Source of the DNA: Selaginella moellendorffii
Lineage: Eukaryota > Plantae > Lycopodiophyta
Direction: 5' to 3'
NCBI RefSeq assembly: GCF_000143415.4
Contig: NW_003314262.1
Location: 925,460-989,459, forward strand
DNA: 64,000 nt
Positions 12,348-25,673 of this stretch are shown here, piece after piece; position 1 is the first letter of the stretch, and each line of letters starts with the position of its first letter. A program made the translations under genes and the position numbers. Under the pieces are notes generated by a model, which worked only from the letters and a program-made list of their open reading frames with translations, ran no database searches and had not been told where the DNA came from.

Positions 12348-15300
12348 AGTAGCAAATGTGATTTTAGGCATCGAAAGTTGCCTATTGTCTAGTTCTTTCA
12401 AATATTCTTTTCTTACTACCATGACGGCAAAAGGTTGGTATTGATAAAACCTTTATCAATCCCTCTTGTTCAAGTGTTAGTAAATTGGACTTTGCATTTG
12501 TACTTGGCCGAACGAGCATAAGAAAGGAATTTTTAATTGTCTATTTAGCCAACATACTTAATCTGGCTTATTAGTTCTTTTTTGCTTTGTTTTGGACTGA
12601 CTTAACAAGAACCCTTATGTATTGAAATTAATCCCTCAATATTGTTGGATGATAGCTTACCATGTCTTTCAAACACCTTCACTATCATGCTTTTTATATT
12701 AGTCTCATTTCAGTCCTAAATGTATAGTAGGGTAAAAGGGTAGATCAAGCATATTTAGTTCCCGGTTGCATGTCTGTCCTTGTTTTNNNNNNNNNNNNNN
12801 NNNNNNNNNNNNNNNNNNNNNNNNNNNNNNNNNNNNNNNNNNNNNNNNNNNNNNNNNNNNNNNNNNNNNNNNNNNNNNNNNNNNNNATCTTCATATTAGG
12901 CCACTGATATGCTGAAATAGCATTAGACTATTTTGCTCTATTTTGTGTGTTGATCCTAGCATTGGGAAGTTGGATACTCTAGGACTATTTTAAATCACTT
13001 CATGCTCTTGTCCCTTTGTTCCTTGGGCTATATGTTCCACTTTGTGCTCTAGTACCTTCGTTCTTTAGCTCCATGCTTAGGAATTTGGCTTTGTACCTTT
13101 GTTTAATGGCCCAAGGCCTTGAAACTTGGGTTGCACACCACTATCTTTAGACATGTGGCATGTGACACATGGCATATAGAGGGTTTAGGTTCCACTTTGT
13201 AGTTATACTATAGTAAATCACCATAGGATAAAGGGCAAAAACTACGTATGCTACATTTGGTATCAGAGAATGAATCTTGACGAGTACTATCCAATGAGAT
13301 TGGGCAATTAGTCTTATTGCATACGCTGATATGAAATGATGATTCAAGTGGGCATACGTTTGGGTGCTAAGACTTTGCATTTGTTCCTTAGGTATGAAAT
13401 TTGGTTACTTTTTTATTCCATATTATATGAGCTTGCATTTGGGATCATGAGTGAGGCACATTAGCAACTTAAGGTTACACTTTGAGTTAGCAAGATGGAT
13501 TTAAGGCATGAGTTTGCGCTTGGGCTCGTGAGTGAGGCGCATTAGCAACTTAAGCTTACACTTTGAGTTAGTAGGATTAATGTCAGCCTATCGATGGTTC
13601 TATAAATTGTTCTATATACCATGGGTGAAAATAAACCTTCCCTGAGTTTACTATGAGTGGCAAATAGGCTGGTCCATAACTATTTAGCATGGCATTAGTG
13701 GATCCTTCTTAGGCATGATTATAAGTGCATCAATCAAGACTATCGGGATTAATCTATTAGTTCAAGTAGTCATTGCCATGTTTTCTCATAAACTTTTCTT
13801 GGATTGAACTGAAGGCAATGCAAAAGCAAGTTTGAGGTTTGGTTAAAGATGAGACTGAAAAGAGAGTCCTTAAGAACAAAGGATTAAACATGTAAATCAT
13901 TTTCTTTTTTTGGAGAGATAATTTGCAACGAGGTGTTAACTCATTTCTTGTGTTTTCAATATGCAATCAACCTTGATATATGTTGGAAATGATGGTCTTA
14001 TAAGTAGTGAGTCATGGGATGGATAGCAGTAAAACACTATACCATTTTGTTTAGACTTGTCATTAAAGACTTGGGTTGTAATACTTAATTCTTTTCTGGG
14101 GAACCTTGCTATTGCTCCTTAAGTAGCTTGGTGTTAAATTAGTTTTAAGTTTAGTCAAAAAGAGAGTAGCATGAGCTTATCTATATTATAAATAAAGTTA
14201 GTGGTCTTTGGTGTTGTAAATCTCTATTGGTGGGGTGTGCCATTACTTGTGGTGTTGCTTAATTGATGATTAAGTCATTATGATTTTTATATTATATCCA
14301 TGTGATAATGAGCAATGTGTTTACGAAGTTGCTTGGGTAAACAATGATTAACCCTAAAGTGGTTAATGGAGAAGCTAGTCTACTTGCAAGTAGTAGCATT
14401 ATAGTAATATATGACTTGATGACAAGAGTTGGTATTTGGGTTTTATAAAGGTGAGTTGACAATTGGTTATTGGTTGCATTGCGACTAGTGATTACTTGTA
14501 GACTTCGTTAAAGACTATTAATACTTGCTTCGCTCGATGATGATTTACCAGTGATAGACTTACTTTATTGGATGGTGTTATGGAGGATTGTATGATGGCT
14601 TATATGGGTTTTCCATGTTTGCATAATAATTCTACCTTTGTCAATATCATTTGGTTGTATTTAGTCTGTAGTGTTGGATTTCATGAAGTCTTGGATATGG
14701 TGAATCACTCTTTGATGATGTGTTATCTGTAGCTAAGTACTATGAAGAATTAGTCTCAAATACTGAATAAAGTATCTTTGACTTTGGTTAGCTTAGTTGT
14801 TAAAGAGCTTTGAGTGGTGATTCACTTTTGTTTTCTTTTAGCTTTGTCCTAGTGTTGTTGATATTGATGTTAGTTCATGTGAAACTCGTGATTATTGCTA
14901 GGCAAGACTTGGGTATAGACTTCTTCGAGCTTTTAGTTCTTTGAGTTTTTATGCTCATTATTCCACTTGTTAAAAGTTGTTGGGGATGGCATTGTGGCTT
15001 AAAGCTTTGATGTTGAAATTAGTATTTGCATTTAACAATCATTATTAATGATTGACTGTCATCTAGGATAGTTGATTATCCTTGTCAAAGATTTTGCTAA
15101 ATTATTATTGGTGTTGAATGATTTGCCATTCTTCATGATGGTAGATTGTTTGTTCAACAATGATTATGCATCTCTTCATTGATAAGATGATTAATATTCT
15201 TTCATGATAGTTAGTTGTTCTCTTTGATGGCTTATAGCTTTTTGCATTACCACATGTTCTTCATAGTTTGCTTTGGATTGGTTTTTTGGGTTTGAGACAT

Positions 15301-17586
15301 TAGTAGGATATGGCTGACGCTTGCTTAAGCAACTTGAGTTTCATCATATTGTTAGCTAGTGTTAGCTATTCAAAATTAGCTGGTGTGGTAATTGGCATGA
15401 ATGAGTGTTTGTTGGTCTTACCACATTCATTTTGTTCTATTGATTGTTGCTGTAGTTGGTTTTAATAGATTGAATGTTATTATCTTTGAGAGATACATTC
15501 GTGAGCATCTTGTTTTCCAGTCGATGATACTTTGTGTTCTTTGAGTTATCTTACGTAAGTTGTTTAGCATGCTATCTATAATATTTGATAGTTAAGTTTT
15601 ATTATTAAATTTTCTTGATATACATTGGCTATTGAATATTATTGGATGGTTAATCCTATGTTTTCCAACTATAGTGATCTTGGTGGTTCCTGTACTCTAA
15701 TACTAGTTTATTAGATAATAACTTAGAACACTTTATATCTAAGATATTATTGTCTCTAAATTTGATATTGTCCTTCTATAGATCTTTAAGTTTGGGCTAG
15801 TATAGGTAGACTAGGTTTGGCACTTCATGTGCATGGTAAAATCTTTAGTTATGGGGTAGCTACTGTCAACTACTCACATCACCTGCCTCTCTGTCGATGT
15901 TCCTTATTCCATTTTAAAGGGTGTGACTATGTAAACAACTCTAACTGCCTTTTTATAGTAGTCTATCTAAACCTTACGGACAAATTTAGTTTCTTTGCTT
16001 AGGAGGGTTAGGGCCTCTAGCTTCTCTCTCTATGTCCTTGCAAGTTGGGGGCATATCACACTTTTATAAGTTAGGTGATATCCAAAGTAGCAAGGGTGAC
16101 TAACTTTGTTGGTCATTTCTTTGTCGGCGACGGCTAGAAGGTGTTTGAGTTGGTAGTGCATCCGTGTTAGACAAAGAGGTTACCCTAACTCATTTAATTT
16201 GGTGCATTTTTCACATAATGTGATCGCCATAAACATTTTTTGGAATTGTTTCCTTGATGGTGGTCTAGACTAGAGTATACATCAACGAGGATGTAGATCA
16301 TCCCGAGGGGGGGGGGGGGGGTGGGGGGGGTGGAGAGTGTCATGAATGTGACTTCAGGTATCGAAAGTTACTTGTCAATTAGTCCTTTCAAATATTCTTT
16401 CTTTACTGGCACAACGGTAGGAGGTCAGTATTGCTCGACCCTTTATCAATCCCTCTTGTTCAAGTGTTAGTAAACTAGACTTTGCATTTGTACTTGGCCG
16501 GACGAGCATAAGGAAGGAATTCCTAAGTGTCTATTTAGCCAAGCATATTTGCCCAGGCTTGTTAATTCTCTTTGCTCTGCTTTGCACTAGCTTGATAAGA
16601 ACCCTTGCGTATTGAGACTAATCCCTCAATATCGCTGAATGATAGCTTACCATGTCTGCCAAACACCCTCACTATCATGCCCTTTGTGTTAGTCTTATTT
16701 TGGTCCCAAATATTATTTATGGAAAATGTCTAGATTTACTCATTTGGCATATCTACAGAATGTAGAAATTGTCTTGAACACAATAGTATTCATCCCATGT
16801 CCAAATTCACAATCCAAGGATATTCCATATTTAGTAAGTTTTGAGCTTGTCCTAGAGACCAACTCTTGGTACTAATGGAGGCTTGGGGTGAAAGCCCAAA
16901 GCATGTGTTCCTCAAGGAGGGGGGGCTATGGGGGGTTTCAATTGTATAGTCTTTTGCTTCTTGGCTCCATATTTAGGAGTTTGGCTTCGTACCTTCATTC
17001 AAGGCCCAAAGCCTTGAAACTTGGGTTCTACACCACTATCTTTGGATATGTTGCATATAACACATAACACATAGCATTTACTCATTTTATAGGGGTTTTT
17101 AAATGTGTAGTAAGGATAGTGGGTAGGTCAGGCATGGCCAACCTATATAAGGTATAATTTAGCTCCCATTTGCGTGCTTGTCCTTGTTCTGTGTTCAGCT
17201 TGAGTTTAAGCCTAAGTTCCATACCATGCTAGTTGGTAGAGTATTTAGATCCTCACGTTAGGCCACAATTATGTTGAAATAGTGCTAGACTCTGTTTAAC
17301 TCCATTTTATGTGCTGGTCTTGGCATTGGGAAGCTGGATACTCTAGGACTATTTTAAGTCGCTCTATGCTCTTATCCCTTTGCTCCTTGGGCTGTACGTT
17401 CGGGAGTTGCTCCGTGCTTTAGTACCTTTGCTTCTTGGCTCCATACTTAGGAGTTTGGCTCTAAACCTTCATTCAAGGCCTAAGGCTTTGAAACTTAAGT
17501 TCTACATCACTATCTTTGGATATGTGGCATATGACATGTGGCACATAGAGGGTTTAGGTTCCACTTCATGGTTATCCAATGGTAAA
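12348..17586 (+). mobile_element. Family-C LTR element with non-coding interior (LARD-like)
   Basis: 5' LTR ~12348-13255 ends ...gctaCA and is followed by the tRNA-Met PBS TGGTATCAGAG (13258-13268). A G-rich PPT (~16305-16337) precedes the 3' LTR starting TGTCATGAATGTGACTTC at 16338. The interior has no recognisable gag/pol and is homologous to 38700-41200 in reverse. Confidence 0.75.
12787..12886. other. Assembly gap (100 N)
   Basis: Run of N. Confidence 1.
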
Positions 17587-18266
17587 TGTCGCGAATGTGA
17601 CTTCGGGTATCGAAAGTTACCTGTCAACCAGTCCTTACGGACACTCTTTCCTTACTGCCACGACGGCAGGAGGTCGGTATTGCTGGACCTGTTATCAATT
17701 TCTGCCTGAGCTAGTTGAGAAACTGGTCATCACATGTGCACTTAGACTGGAAGGGCACTAAGGAAGGAAATCCTAAGTTGTTATTTGTCAAACAAACTTG
17801 ACACGGTGATAAAAAACTCATGATGTTGACTTGCACTTGCTAGTGTTGGGAACCCCCATGATATTGAGCTTGGTCCCTCAATATTGCCAGATGATAGCTT
17901 ACCGTGTTTGCCAAACACCCTCGCTATCATGCCCTTTGTGTTAGTCTCATTTTGGTCCTAAATGCTATTTATGGAAAGTGTCCAGATTTGCTCATTTGGC
18001 ATATCTACGGAATGTAGAGATCAGCCTGAACACAATGGTGTTCTTCCCGTGTCCAAATTCACAATCTAGGGACATTCCATAATTAGTAAGTTTCAAGGTT
18101 GTCCCAGAGACTAACTCCAGATACTAAGGGAAGCTTGGGGTGAAAGCCCAAAACATGTGTTCCTCAAGGAAGGGGGGGGGGCTATGGGGGGTTCCAAATG
18201 TATAGTAGGAATAGTGGGTAGGTGGGGCATGGCCGACCAACTTGAGGCATAGTCTAGCTCCCGCTT
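17587..18266 (+). mobile_element. Additional, 3'-truncated family-C LTR inserted near the end of the preceding LTR
   Basis: Begins TGTCGCGAATGTGACTTCGGGTATCG about 38 nt before the expected end of the previous LTR, and is colinear with 16338 onward. Confidence 0.75.
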
Positions 18267-21200
18267 GACTTGGTTATTGGAGCTACTCCTTATTAGTGAC
18301 AACCAACTCATACTAGTCCCGCTGAAGATGAAGAGATTAATAGGCAGCTTGCTGAATACCTTTGGAAAAGGTGGTTACAAATCAACAAGTCTCTTTGGGT
18401 TGCTCCAATAGTGATGGTCAAGAAGAAAGATGGTACATGGCATCTCTGTGTGAACTATAAGGGATTGAATGAAGAATATGTTCCCAATCCCTTGGATCAA
18501 TGATTTGCTTGATCGTCCTCGTGGTGCTTAATAATTTTTGAAAATTGATTTGAGGCAAGGGTATCATCAAATTTGTGTCAAGCTAGAGGATGTTCTGAAA
18601 AGTGCATTTTGGACAACAATGGATCACTATAAGTTTTTGGTGATGCCGTTTAATTTGACAAATACTCCTACAACTTTTTAGTGATCGATGAATCAAGTTT
18701 TACAGCCTTACTTGGGAAAGTTTGCAATTGATTATTTTGATAATATTTTGGTATTCAGTTCTTCAGTGGAGGAACATGAAATGTATGTGCGAAGTGTTTT
18801 GCAACTTTTAAGGGACAACAAGCTCTACTTTAAGTTATCTAGGTGTAAGTTTTTCTTAGAAGAGATTAGTTATCTCGAGCATTTGATTTCAATACATGGA
18901 ATGAGAGCTAATCATGCAAAAGATAGGCCATGGTTGTTTGGCCTATACCTTTGACAGTGCATGATCTCCATAGTTTCCTTGGTATACCTGGAGTTTTGTG
19001 AAGGACTTTTCAGAGATAGTAGCACCCTTGAGCAATCTTCTACAGAACACATCAAAACATGCTACTATTCATGGTTGGGACGAGAAATGTCAGGTGGCAT
19101 TTCAATGTTTGAAGTAGTGTTGTATCTTTACTCTTGTGTTGAAGATTTTTGATTCTGAAAAGCCTCTTGTGGTCAAGACAGATGCAAGTGACATTGTTAT
19201 TGGAGCCATATTGCTTTAAGTTGGGCATCCTCTTGCGTATATGAGCCATAAGTTTGATGCCACACTGAATTGGCCTACTCGAGACAAAGAGTTGTATGTT
19301 GTGATTGTTGCTGTGAAAGAATGGCAACATTATTTGTATGGATCAGACTTCCATGTCAATTCAAACCATTAGTATTTCTAGTATTTCAGTCAACAAATGG
19401 ATCTTCAAGGCTGCCTTACTCGTTGGCAAGAGTTCTTATAAGAAATGTTTGTTAAGATCCGGTACAAGCATGAAGGTGACAATAAGGTGGCTGATGCATT
19501 ATCCAAGATAGTAAATTTTATCTTATTTATGAAGCTATCTAGTGATCTCTTGGATGAGCTTAAGGAGTTTGTTAACTTCAACTCCTTTATCACTGATATT
19601 TGTGCAAAGGTTTTGTTGAGAAGGGTGACAAATTTGTGTTATTCGAGATACAAGATGGAATCTTGGTGAAGAAGGGACATGTGGTGGTTCCTTGTGTTGA
19701 TGATATACCAAGTACTAGGCATCTAGGGGTGTTGAGAATGTATATATTGGAGAAGAGGCATTTCTTTTAGCCTGGGATGAAGTCAAATGTTGAGAAGTAT
19801 GTATATCGTTGTTTAACCATTTCGATAGACTTTATCACTTGTTTGCCCAAGACCTTTCAAGGAAATGATGCTATTTGGGTTATTGTGGATCTTTTGACGA
19901 AGATAGCTCACTTCTTCACTGTGAAGACGGTGATAAAAGCTTCTAAACTTGCTTAGTTGTTTGTAGACTGGTTATTTAGTCTCTATGGTTTGTCAGGTGA
20001 TATTGTGAGTGATTAGGATCCTAATTTCACATCCAGGTTTTGGCAAATAGTCTTTGAGAAGTTAGAGACTAAGCTGAGCATGAGTAGTGGTGAGCATCCA
20101 CAATTAAATGGGCAAACAGAGTGCATGAACCAGCTGCTGAAAGATATACTAAGGTCTTTTGTGGGAAATTTGACTTGACATAGAGTATGGGAAAAGTACT
20201 TGCCTTTGCTTCAGTTTGCTCACAATAGCACTCATCAATTAACTATTGGCATGTCTCCATTTATAGTGATATATAGTTATGAGCCTATGTTATGATCCGG
20301 TGCAAAAAGATAGAGATCTAGTCGCCCTAGACTATGCTACGCCACCTCTTGAGGTTCCTCACCACCCAACCACCCCCGAGCTATCTCAAAAGCTCCACTG
20401 CGCTGCCGCTCCACTGTGAGCCCTAGGGTAGGTTAAGTCCCTTACCCTAACATGCCTTAATATACCCTTGAGCTTCCTTTTGACCGACGTTGACCACGTA
20501 GTCAAAGCTAGCGCCTAACAATTCTTTCCCCCCAATAAAGTCCTTGTCCCAAGGACGAGTTGTACCGATGATCACCCTTTCTGGGGAACCCTGCTCAAGC
20601 TCCTGGTCCATCTTCCACAGCCATATACATCTAGGAGGCATTGGGCCCGTCACTCCAAGATAGTACACCTTTCAACTGGCTGACATAAAATACCGAATGA
20701 ACTTTTACCCCAGCTGGCAGCCGCACCCTATAAGCCATTGTACCAATGCGCTCCAGCACTTCATATGGACCAGCATATCGATAGGAAAGTTTATCACTCT
20801 TCCCTGTCCATAAAGGCACCAAGATGTTCTGCCGCTCACTTGACGGAAAGATCACGCGCACAAAGACGAGATCACCCACCTTATATTCTTGGAATTGGCG
20901 ATGCTCATTGGCAAACTTCTCTACTCTATCCTGAGCTGCTTGCAAATTCCGTTTGCACACCACCAGAATCTCATCAAGTTCTATAGCCAGATCAGTTGCC
21001 TCGAAATCAAGCTTATCTTGAACGTCCTTACTAAAATGCAATCCCAACTCCACCATTGTTCAAGGATGCCTTCCAAACATAGCAAAGTAAGGACTTAGCT
21101 TGGTTCCACTGTGTTTGTTATTGTTGTAAGCAAATTGCACCAACGAAAGATATAAATCCCGAACAAACAGCAAGTAACTTGAAAGTGCTTTTCCATTACA

Positions 21201-21904
21201 ATAAGCCTGCTTCAAAGATGTAGCAGAGAGCATAACAACTGGTGGTTGAATGCCCTCACCAAACCACACATCTTTAACGCCACCATACTCCAGTGAGATA
21301 CACTTAATACTCCACTTTATCTCTGGATCCACCTTCACCAACCATGGCATCCTGAGAATGAGATTCACACGATGGATATCCACGAGATAAAAAGTCTCCA
21401 CAAGTGTAATTTTGCCAACCAACACTTCCAGCCCCTTGACACAAGCATCGAAATGCTGAGTAGAGGTAGCTGCACCTTCCACAGTGTATGGAAACAAAGT
21501 TGTCATCGCTCCCACTATCCAGTAAAATCTGCACTGGATCGCCATGGAACACGCCCTCCAGTATTAAAGCTGATTCACACGTATCCTCGAGCTCCATCTT
21601 GTTCCACACACAGTTGAGCTAACGAGCAACAATCGAAAGTCGCTTCCACCGACCGGAATGGTCGTTCTCCTCATCCTCATGCTGCAAAGTTTGCAACTTT
21701 TTAGTATCTAACTTACCGTGAGAAGAAGATTGGCCATTCTTCTTGTCCTGCTGCTTGTTCTTCAACTGCGGACAATCAACCTTGTAGTGTCCAAGTTCGC
21801 CGCAATGATGACAACCCTGTCTATAATTCTTCACAAAGAACTTCTGCTTCTTGGACCCTTTTGCATCTGAAGTAGTCACCACCGACTTCAACATGTGATG
21901 CTTG

Positions 21905-23500
21905 TGTAAGTGACTAAATTTTCCATTCTACTTTAGTCACTTAACCACACCTCCGACCACTTGGAGGAGTCTCATTCACAACCTCCATCAGTCCAATTCA
22001 GGACTTGGGACTTGGTAGCCCCAAGAATGGCATCCATGCCACTCAACACTTGCACCTAGTCCAAGTGCTCCACGTGTCCGGTCCCAAGACCGACACCCCA
22101 AAGGTACCACTGAGATCTCGGCCCGTTACGCTAAGGCCATGCCCATTCACCTTTGCTGCACTAGTGGTCCAATACCACTTGCATCACCATCCCATCTCTC
22201 CATGACTGGGCCATCTGTCCACGAGTGGTCATCCTAGATCCACTCCTTAGCATCCTTAGGATGCCCACAGACCTGGGGAATCGCCTTCCCCAAAGTCCCT
22301 TTGTCAGTTCCTACCAAGTCCCTTTCTGCCCCTGGCCGTGTTTGCCAACACTGTCACTGGATCGAGGCCCACAGGCCCAACCACTAAGTCCCATGGTCCT
22401 CTGGGACTTCCTCACCACACGACTGTGTCCTTGGTCACTACCCCAGAGGACTGCTCCTCTTCCTTTCCACAGTCTAGGCCTTTGGGACAACATTTCGGAA
22501 CACCGTGGCCTTACGTGAGCCACCTGGGTACTCTCCCCGCCTTTCGCCTTTAGGTGCTCTAGCCATGGGCTTAGAGCGAGGTTCCGTTGAGCCACGCCTG
22601 GTATCCAAGTAGGTAGTGCCACCCACACTTGGACTGGGAGCATTGGTTAGTCGATCTCCCGAGGGAACTAGAGCCGGCTCTTGAACACTTCACCAAGCTA
22701 CCCCGCTTGTCGGTCCGTATTCACTCTAGTCTTGGACTTCCCAGTGGTTAGTTCATCACCCAACACTGGGTCTGGCCTTCCAGGGCCAAACTGGCCTTTC
22801 CTGGCCAAACTGGCTCCACTGCAGTCCTCCCCCTTACTATACTTTTGGAGCTCACCAAACCCCCCAGGGTCTGGGAGACGAACGCTTTGGGCTTTCACCC
22901 TCTCAGACTCGAACTCAGACTCGGACTCGGACTCGGACTCGGACTCGAGCTCGGGCGCTGTCTCAGCCTTGGCCTCGGTCTCGGTCTCGGTCCCGGTCTT
23001 GGTCCCGATCTCGGTCCCGGTCCCGGTCTCGGTCTCGACCTCGGACTCCATCTCGAACTCCATCTCAGACTCCATCTCGGACTCCATCTCGGACTCCACC
23101 TCGGACTCCATCTCGGGTCCATCTTGGACTCCATCTCAGACTCCATCTCAGGTCCATCTCGGACTCCGTCTTGGTCCACCTCGGACTCCATCTTGGGTCA
23201 ATCTCGGACTCCATCTCGGGTCCATCTCGGACTCCGTCTTTGTCCACCTCGGACTCCACTTCGGGTCCATCTCAGGCTCTATATCGGACTCCATCTCGGA
23301 CTCCATATCGGACTCCACTTCGGGTCCATCTCGGACTCCAACTAGGGTCCATCTCGGACTCCATCTCGGACACTTCCACGTGTCATGTGTTGGTCCTTTT
23401 TGGGTCCCTTTTTGGAGCCTCACTTATTGCTTGCTTCGTGCTTGTTCCTCGAGCCCTTTGTTGGGAGTTCCACTCCCACTCTCGACCTTTCAAGTCAGAG
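21905..23500 (-). mobile_element. Family-A LTR, truncated, inside B1 gag
   Basis: Starts TGTAAGTGACTAAATTTTCC and is colinear with 53343 onward until 23500. Confidence 0.9.
22903..23370. repeat. GGACTC/GGTCTC hexamer plus GGACTCCATCTC/GGGTCCATCTC minisatellite inside the family-A LTR
   Basis: Read directly. The same array occurs at ~45625-46132, ~54343-54830 and ~59620-59935. Confidence 0.95.
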
Positions 23501-23678
23501 GGAATGACTTGAGAGATGATCCATAGGGGTTCAAATATAGAGGGAAAGGGCCCATGAATAAGAGTGCACCCCCTTTTCCAATCGGTTAAGGGTCTTGGGA
23601 TATTTGGGGTTAAGCGTCCTTGGGTTTGAATAGTACTGGGTTGGGTGACCTCCCGGGATCCAAACTTAGGAGCTTACA
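23501..23678 (+). mobile_element. Cassandra-like TRIM LTR fragment carrying a 5S rRNA internal-promoter segment
   Basis: 23609-23658 reads gttaagcgtccttgggtttgaatagtactgggttgggtgacctcccggga, matching the recalled box A-IE-box C half of plant 5S rRNA. It is followed by an LTR-type end ...gcttACA (23678), after which B gag resumes. Confidence 0.72.
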
Positions 23679-25673
23679 CTTAGAACACGACTAATCAAGC
23701 GAGTAAGCTTCTCAATATAGTCCCCGAGTGTCATTTTCCCTTGTTGGAAATGTCGAAGTTCCATTTCTCTTGCTGGAAATGTCGAAGTTCCATACGAGCA
23801 TTCTCCACATCGTAATGAGGGGCAAAACATAAACGGAAACCAGCCTCAAATTCATCCATGGTAGACACTGGTGGTTTCTTATCCGCAACACGGGACTCCT
23901 CAAGCCAATTCCACCATTGAAGACCCACATCATGCAAAACCATCGGAATAGCCACTAAAGCCAAGAACTTCAAATTCATCCATGGTAGACACTGGTGGTT
24001 TCTTATCCGCAACACGGGACTCCTCAAGCCAATTCCACCATTGAAGACCCACATCATGCAAAACCATCGGAATAGCCACTAAAGCCAAGAACTTCTTCAC
24101 ATTGGCTAGCCAAGCGAGATACTCGTTCACACCACCATCACTAGAAAAAGTTGGAATCTTGAGTCGATCTACCAAAGAAGGCTTACTTGGAGCGCTACCC
24201 CGTCCAGCCTCGAGTGCCTCAACATGCCCATGCATGCTATCCATCATGCCATGCATCTCATCTTGCATCTCTTGCTGATTTTTATTAAGGGCTCGCAGCT
24301 CATGAACCACATCTTGAATGGTTCAAATCTCCACAGCTTCGTCGGCACCATCGTCGGCACCACCATCGACAATAGGATTCCAGCGTTCAGCTTGGTCAGC
24401 CATCGCAACCAACTGCTTTGATACCAATGTTATGATCTGGCGCAAAAAGATAGAGATCTAGTTGCCCTAGACTATGCTACACCACCTTTTGAGGTTCCTC
24501 ACCACCCAACCACCCCCAAGTTACCTCAAAAGCTCCACTGCGCCGCCGCTCCACTGTGAGCCCTAGGGTAGGTTAAGTCCCTTACCCTAACATGCCTTAA
24601 TATACCCTTGAGCCTCCTTTTGACCGATTTTGACCACGTAGTCAAAGCTGGCACCTAACAGCCTAGGTCTCCTATGAGTTTGACTTTGACTTTGATTCGA
24701 GTACCTCATGCTTGTAATTTCCTAGAGGATATGCAAGACAAGCTTGAGTTGGCAAGGTTGAATATGAGGCAAGCTCAAAATCAAGACAAAAGATTTGCTA
24801 ATGAGCATTGTCATCATCAAGAGTACAAAGTTGGTGACAAGGTTTTCCTTAAGCTGTCGGATGCACAACAATCTTTGAAAGGAGGTAGTAGTGCTAAGTT
24901 ATCTCCATGGTATTGTGTGCCTTGGACAATTTTACAGCATGTGGGAGATCTTGCATACACTTTGGACTTGCCAGCTAGTTCAAAGATTCATCCAACATGC
25001 TATATGAGAAAGTTTAAAGTGTGCTTGCACTTTGGTGATGTCATAGATCAGTCCATCATCCAAATCCTAGAGATTGATGCTGAGAAGGCTGGGCCAGCCA
25101 ATATTCTTGCTCAAAGTTTGGTGAAAACATGCCAGAAAACAACTAGGGAGTTGTTAATTCAATGGAATGGTTATTCCATGGATGAAGTAACATGGGAAAT
25201 TGAGGATAACATGAAGAGAGTATTTCTGAGTTTTGGTTATAACTTGGATGACATTTCTGAGGAAAGGGAGAATTGAGTTCTATAGCCATATTGCTATATA
25301 ATTTAAGTTGTTTATTTTATTCTCATTCTCTTGTTTCCATGACCGTATTGTCATGCAAAAAAGCCATATTGCTTTCTTTCTTTTGTGGCCATTTGTCGCA
25401 ACATTAATGTTGCTGCTTGCACATCTTTTCTCCATGGCTGTATTGCCTTGGAATCCCTTCATGTGAGGCTCATTTAGCTTCTTGAGGCTGCTGTACGTGG
25501 CTGGGTCATGAGGGAGTGACACAAACCAAAAGAATATTCCAAGAATATTCTATAGCATGTGGGATTTAAGGCTGTAATGCCTTAAGGGTTGGGAGGTTGG
25601 CCTAGGGTTCACTTTTTTGTTTCAAGATCCATCTGCACACAAAAGCACTCACCAAAAATTAAGGTGATCTCAC

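Larger units (their letters stand above)
20288..24660 (-). mobile_element. Family-B gypsy element (B1), internally deleted, with both LTRs and a TSD
   Basis: LTRs are 20288-20520 and 24428-24660, with a GCCTA TSD (20283-20287 / 24661-24665). The PBS reverse complement gctttgatacca abuts 24428 and the PPT reverse complement is at 20521-20533. It retains gag, CCHC (CHHCGELGHYKVDC), protease (LLDSGSDDNF) and the integrase C-terminus. RT, RNaseH and the IN core are deleted near 21160. A ~121 bp tandem duplication lies at ~23850-24090. Confidence 0.92.
18320..25276 (+). mobile_element. Decayed chromovirus (Ty3/gypsy family E): RT-RNaseH-integrase-chromodomain, split by a B insertion
   Basis: Motifs are RT ([20 protein letters not shown]), RNaseH (TDASD, NKVADALS) and integrase (SIDFITCLP, HPQLNGQTE). 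The frame resumes at 24661 with KLSPWY..PWTILQ..DLAYTLDLP.SSKIHP and the chromodomain ELLIQWNGYSMDEVTWE. PPT ggaaagggagaat is at 25261-25273. Confidence 0.88.

Noticed and set aside
23609-23661. A functional 5S rRNA gene
   Set aside because: Only the 3' half is present, with no 5' stem or oligo-T terminator, and it is embedded in a TE.
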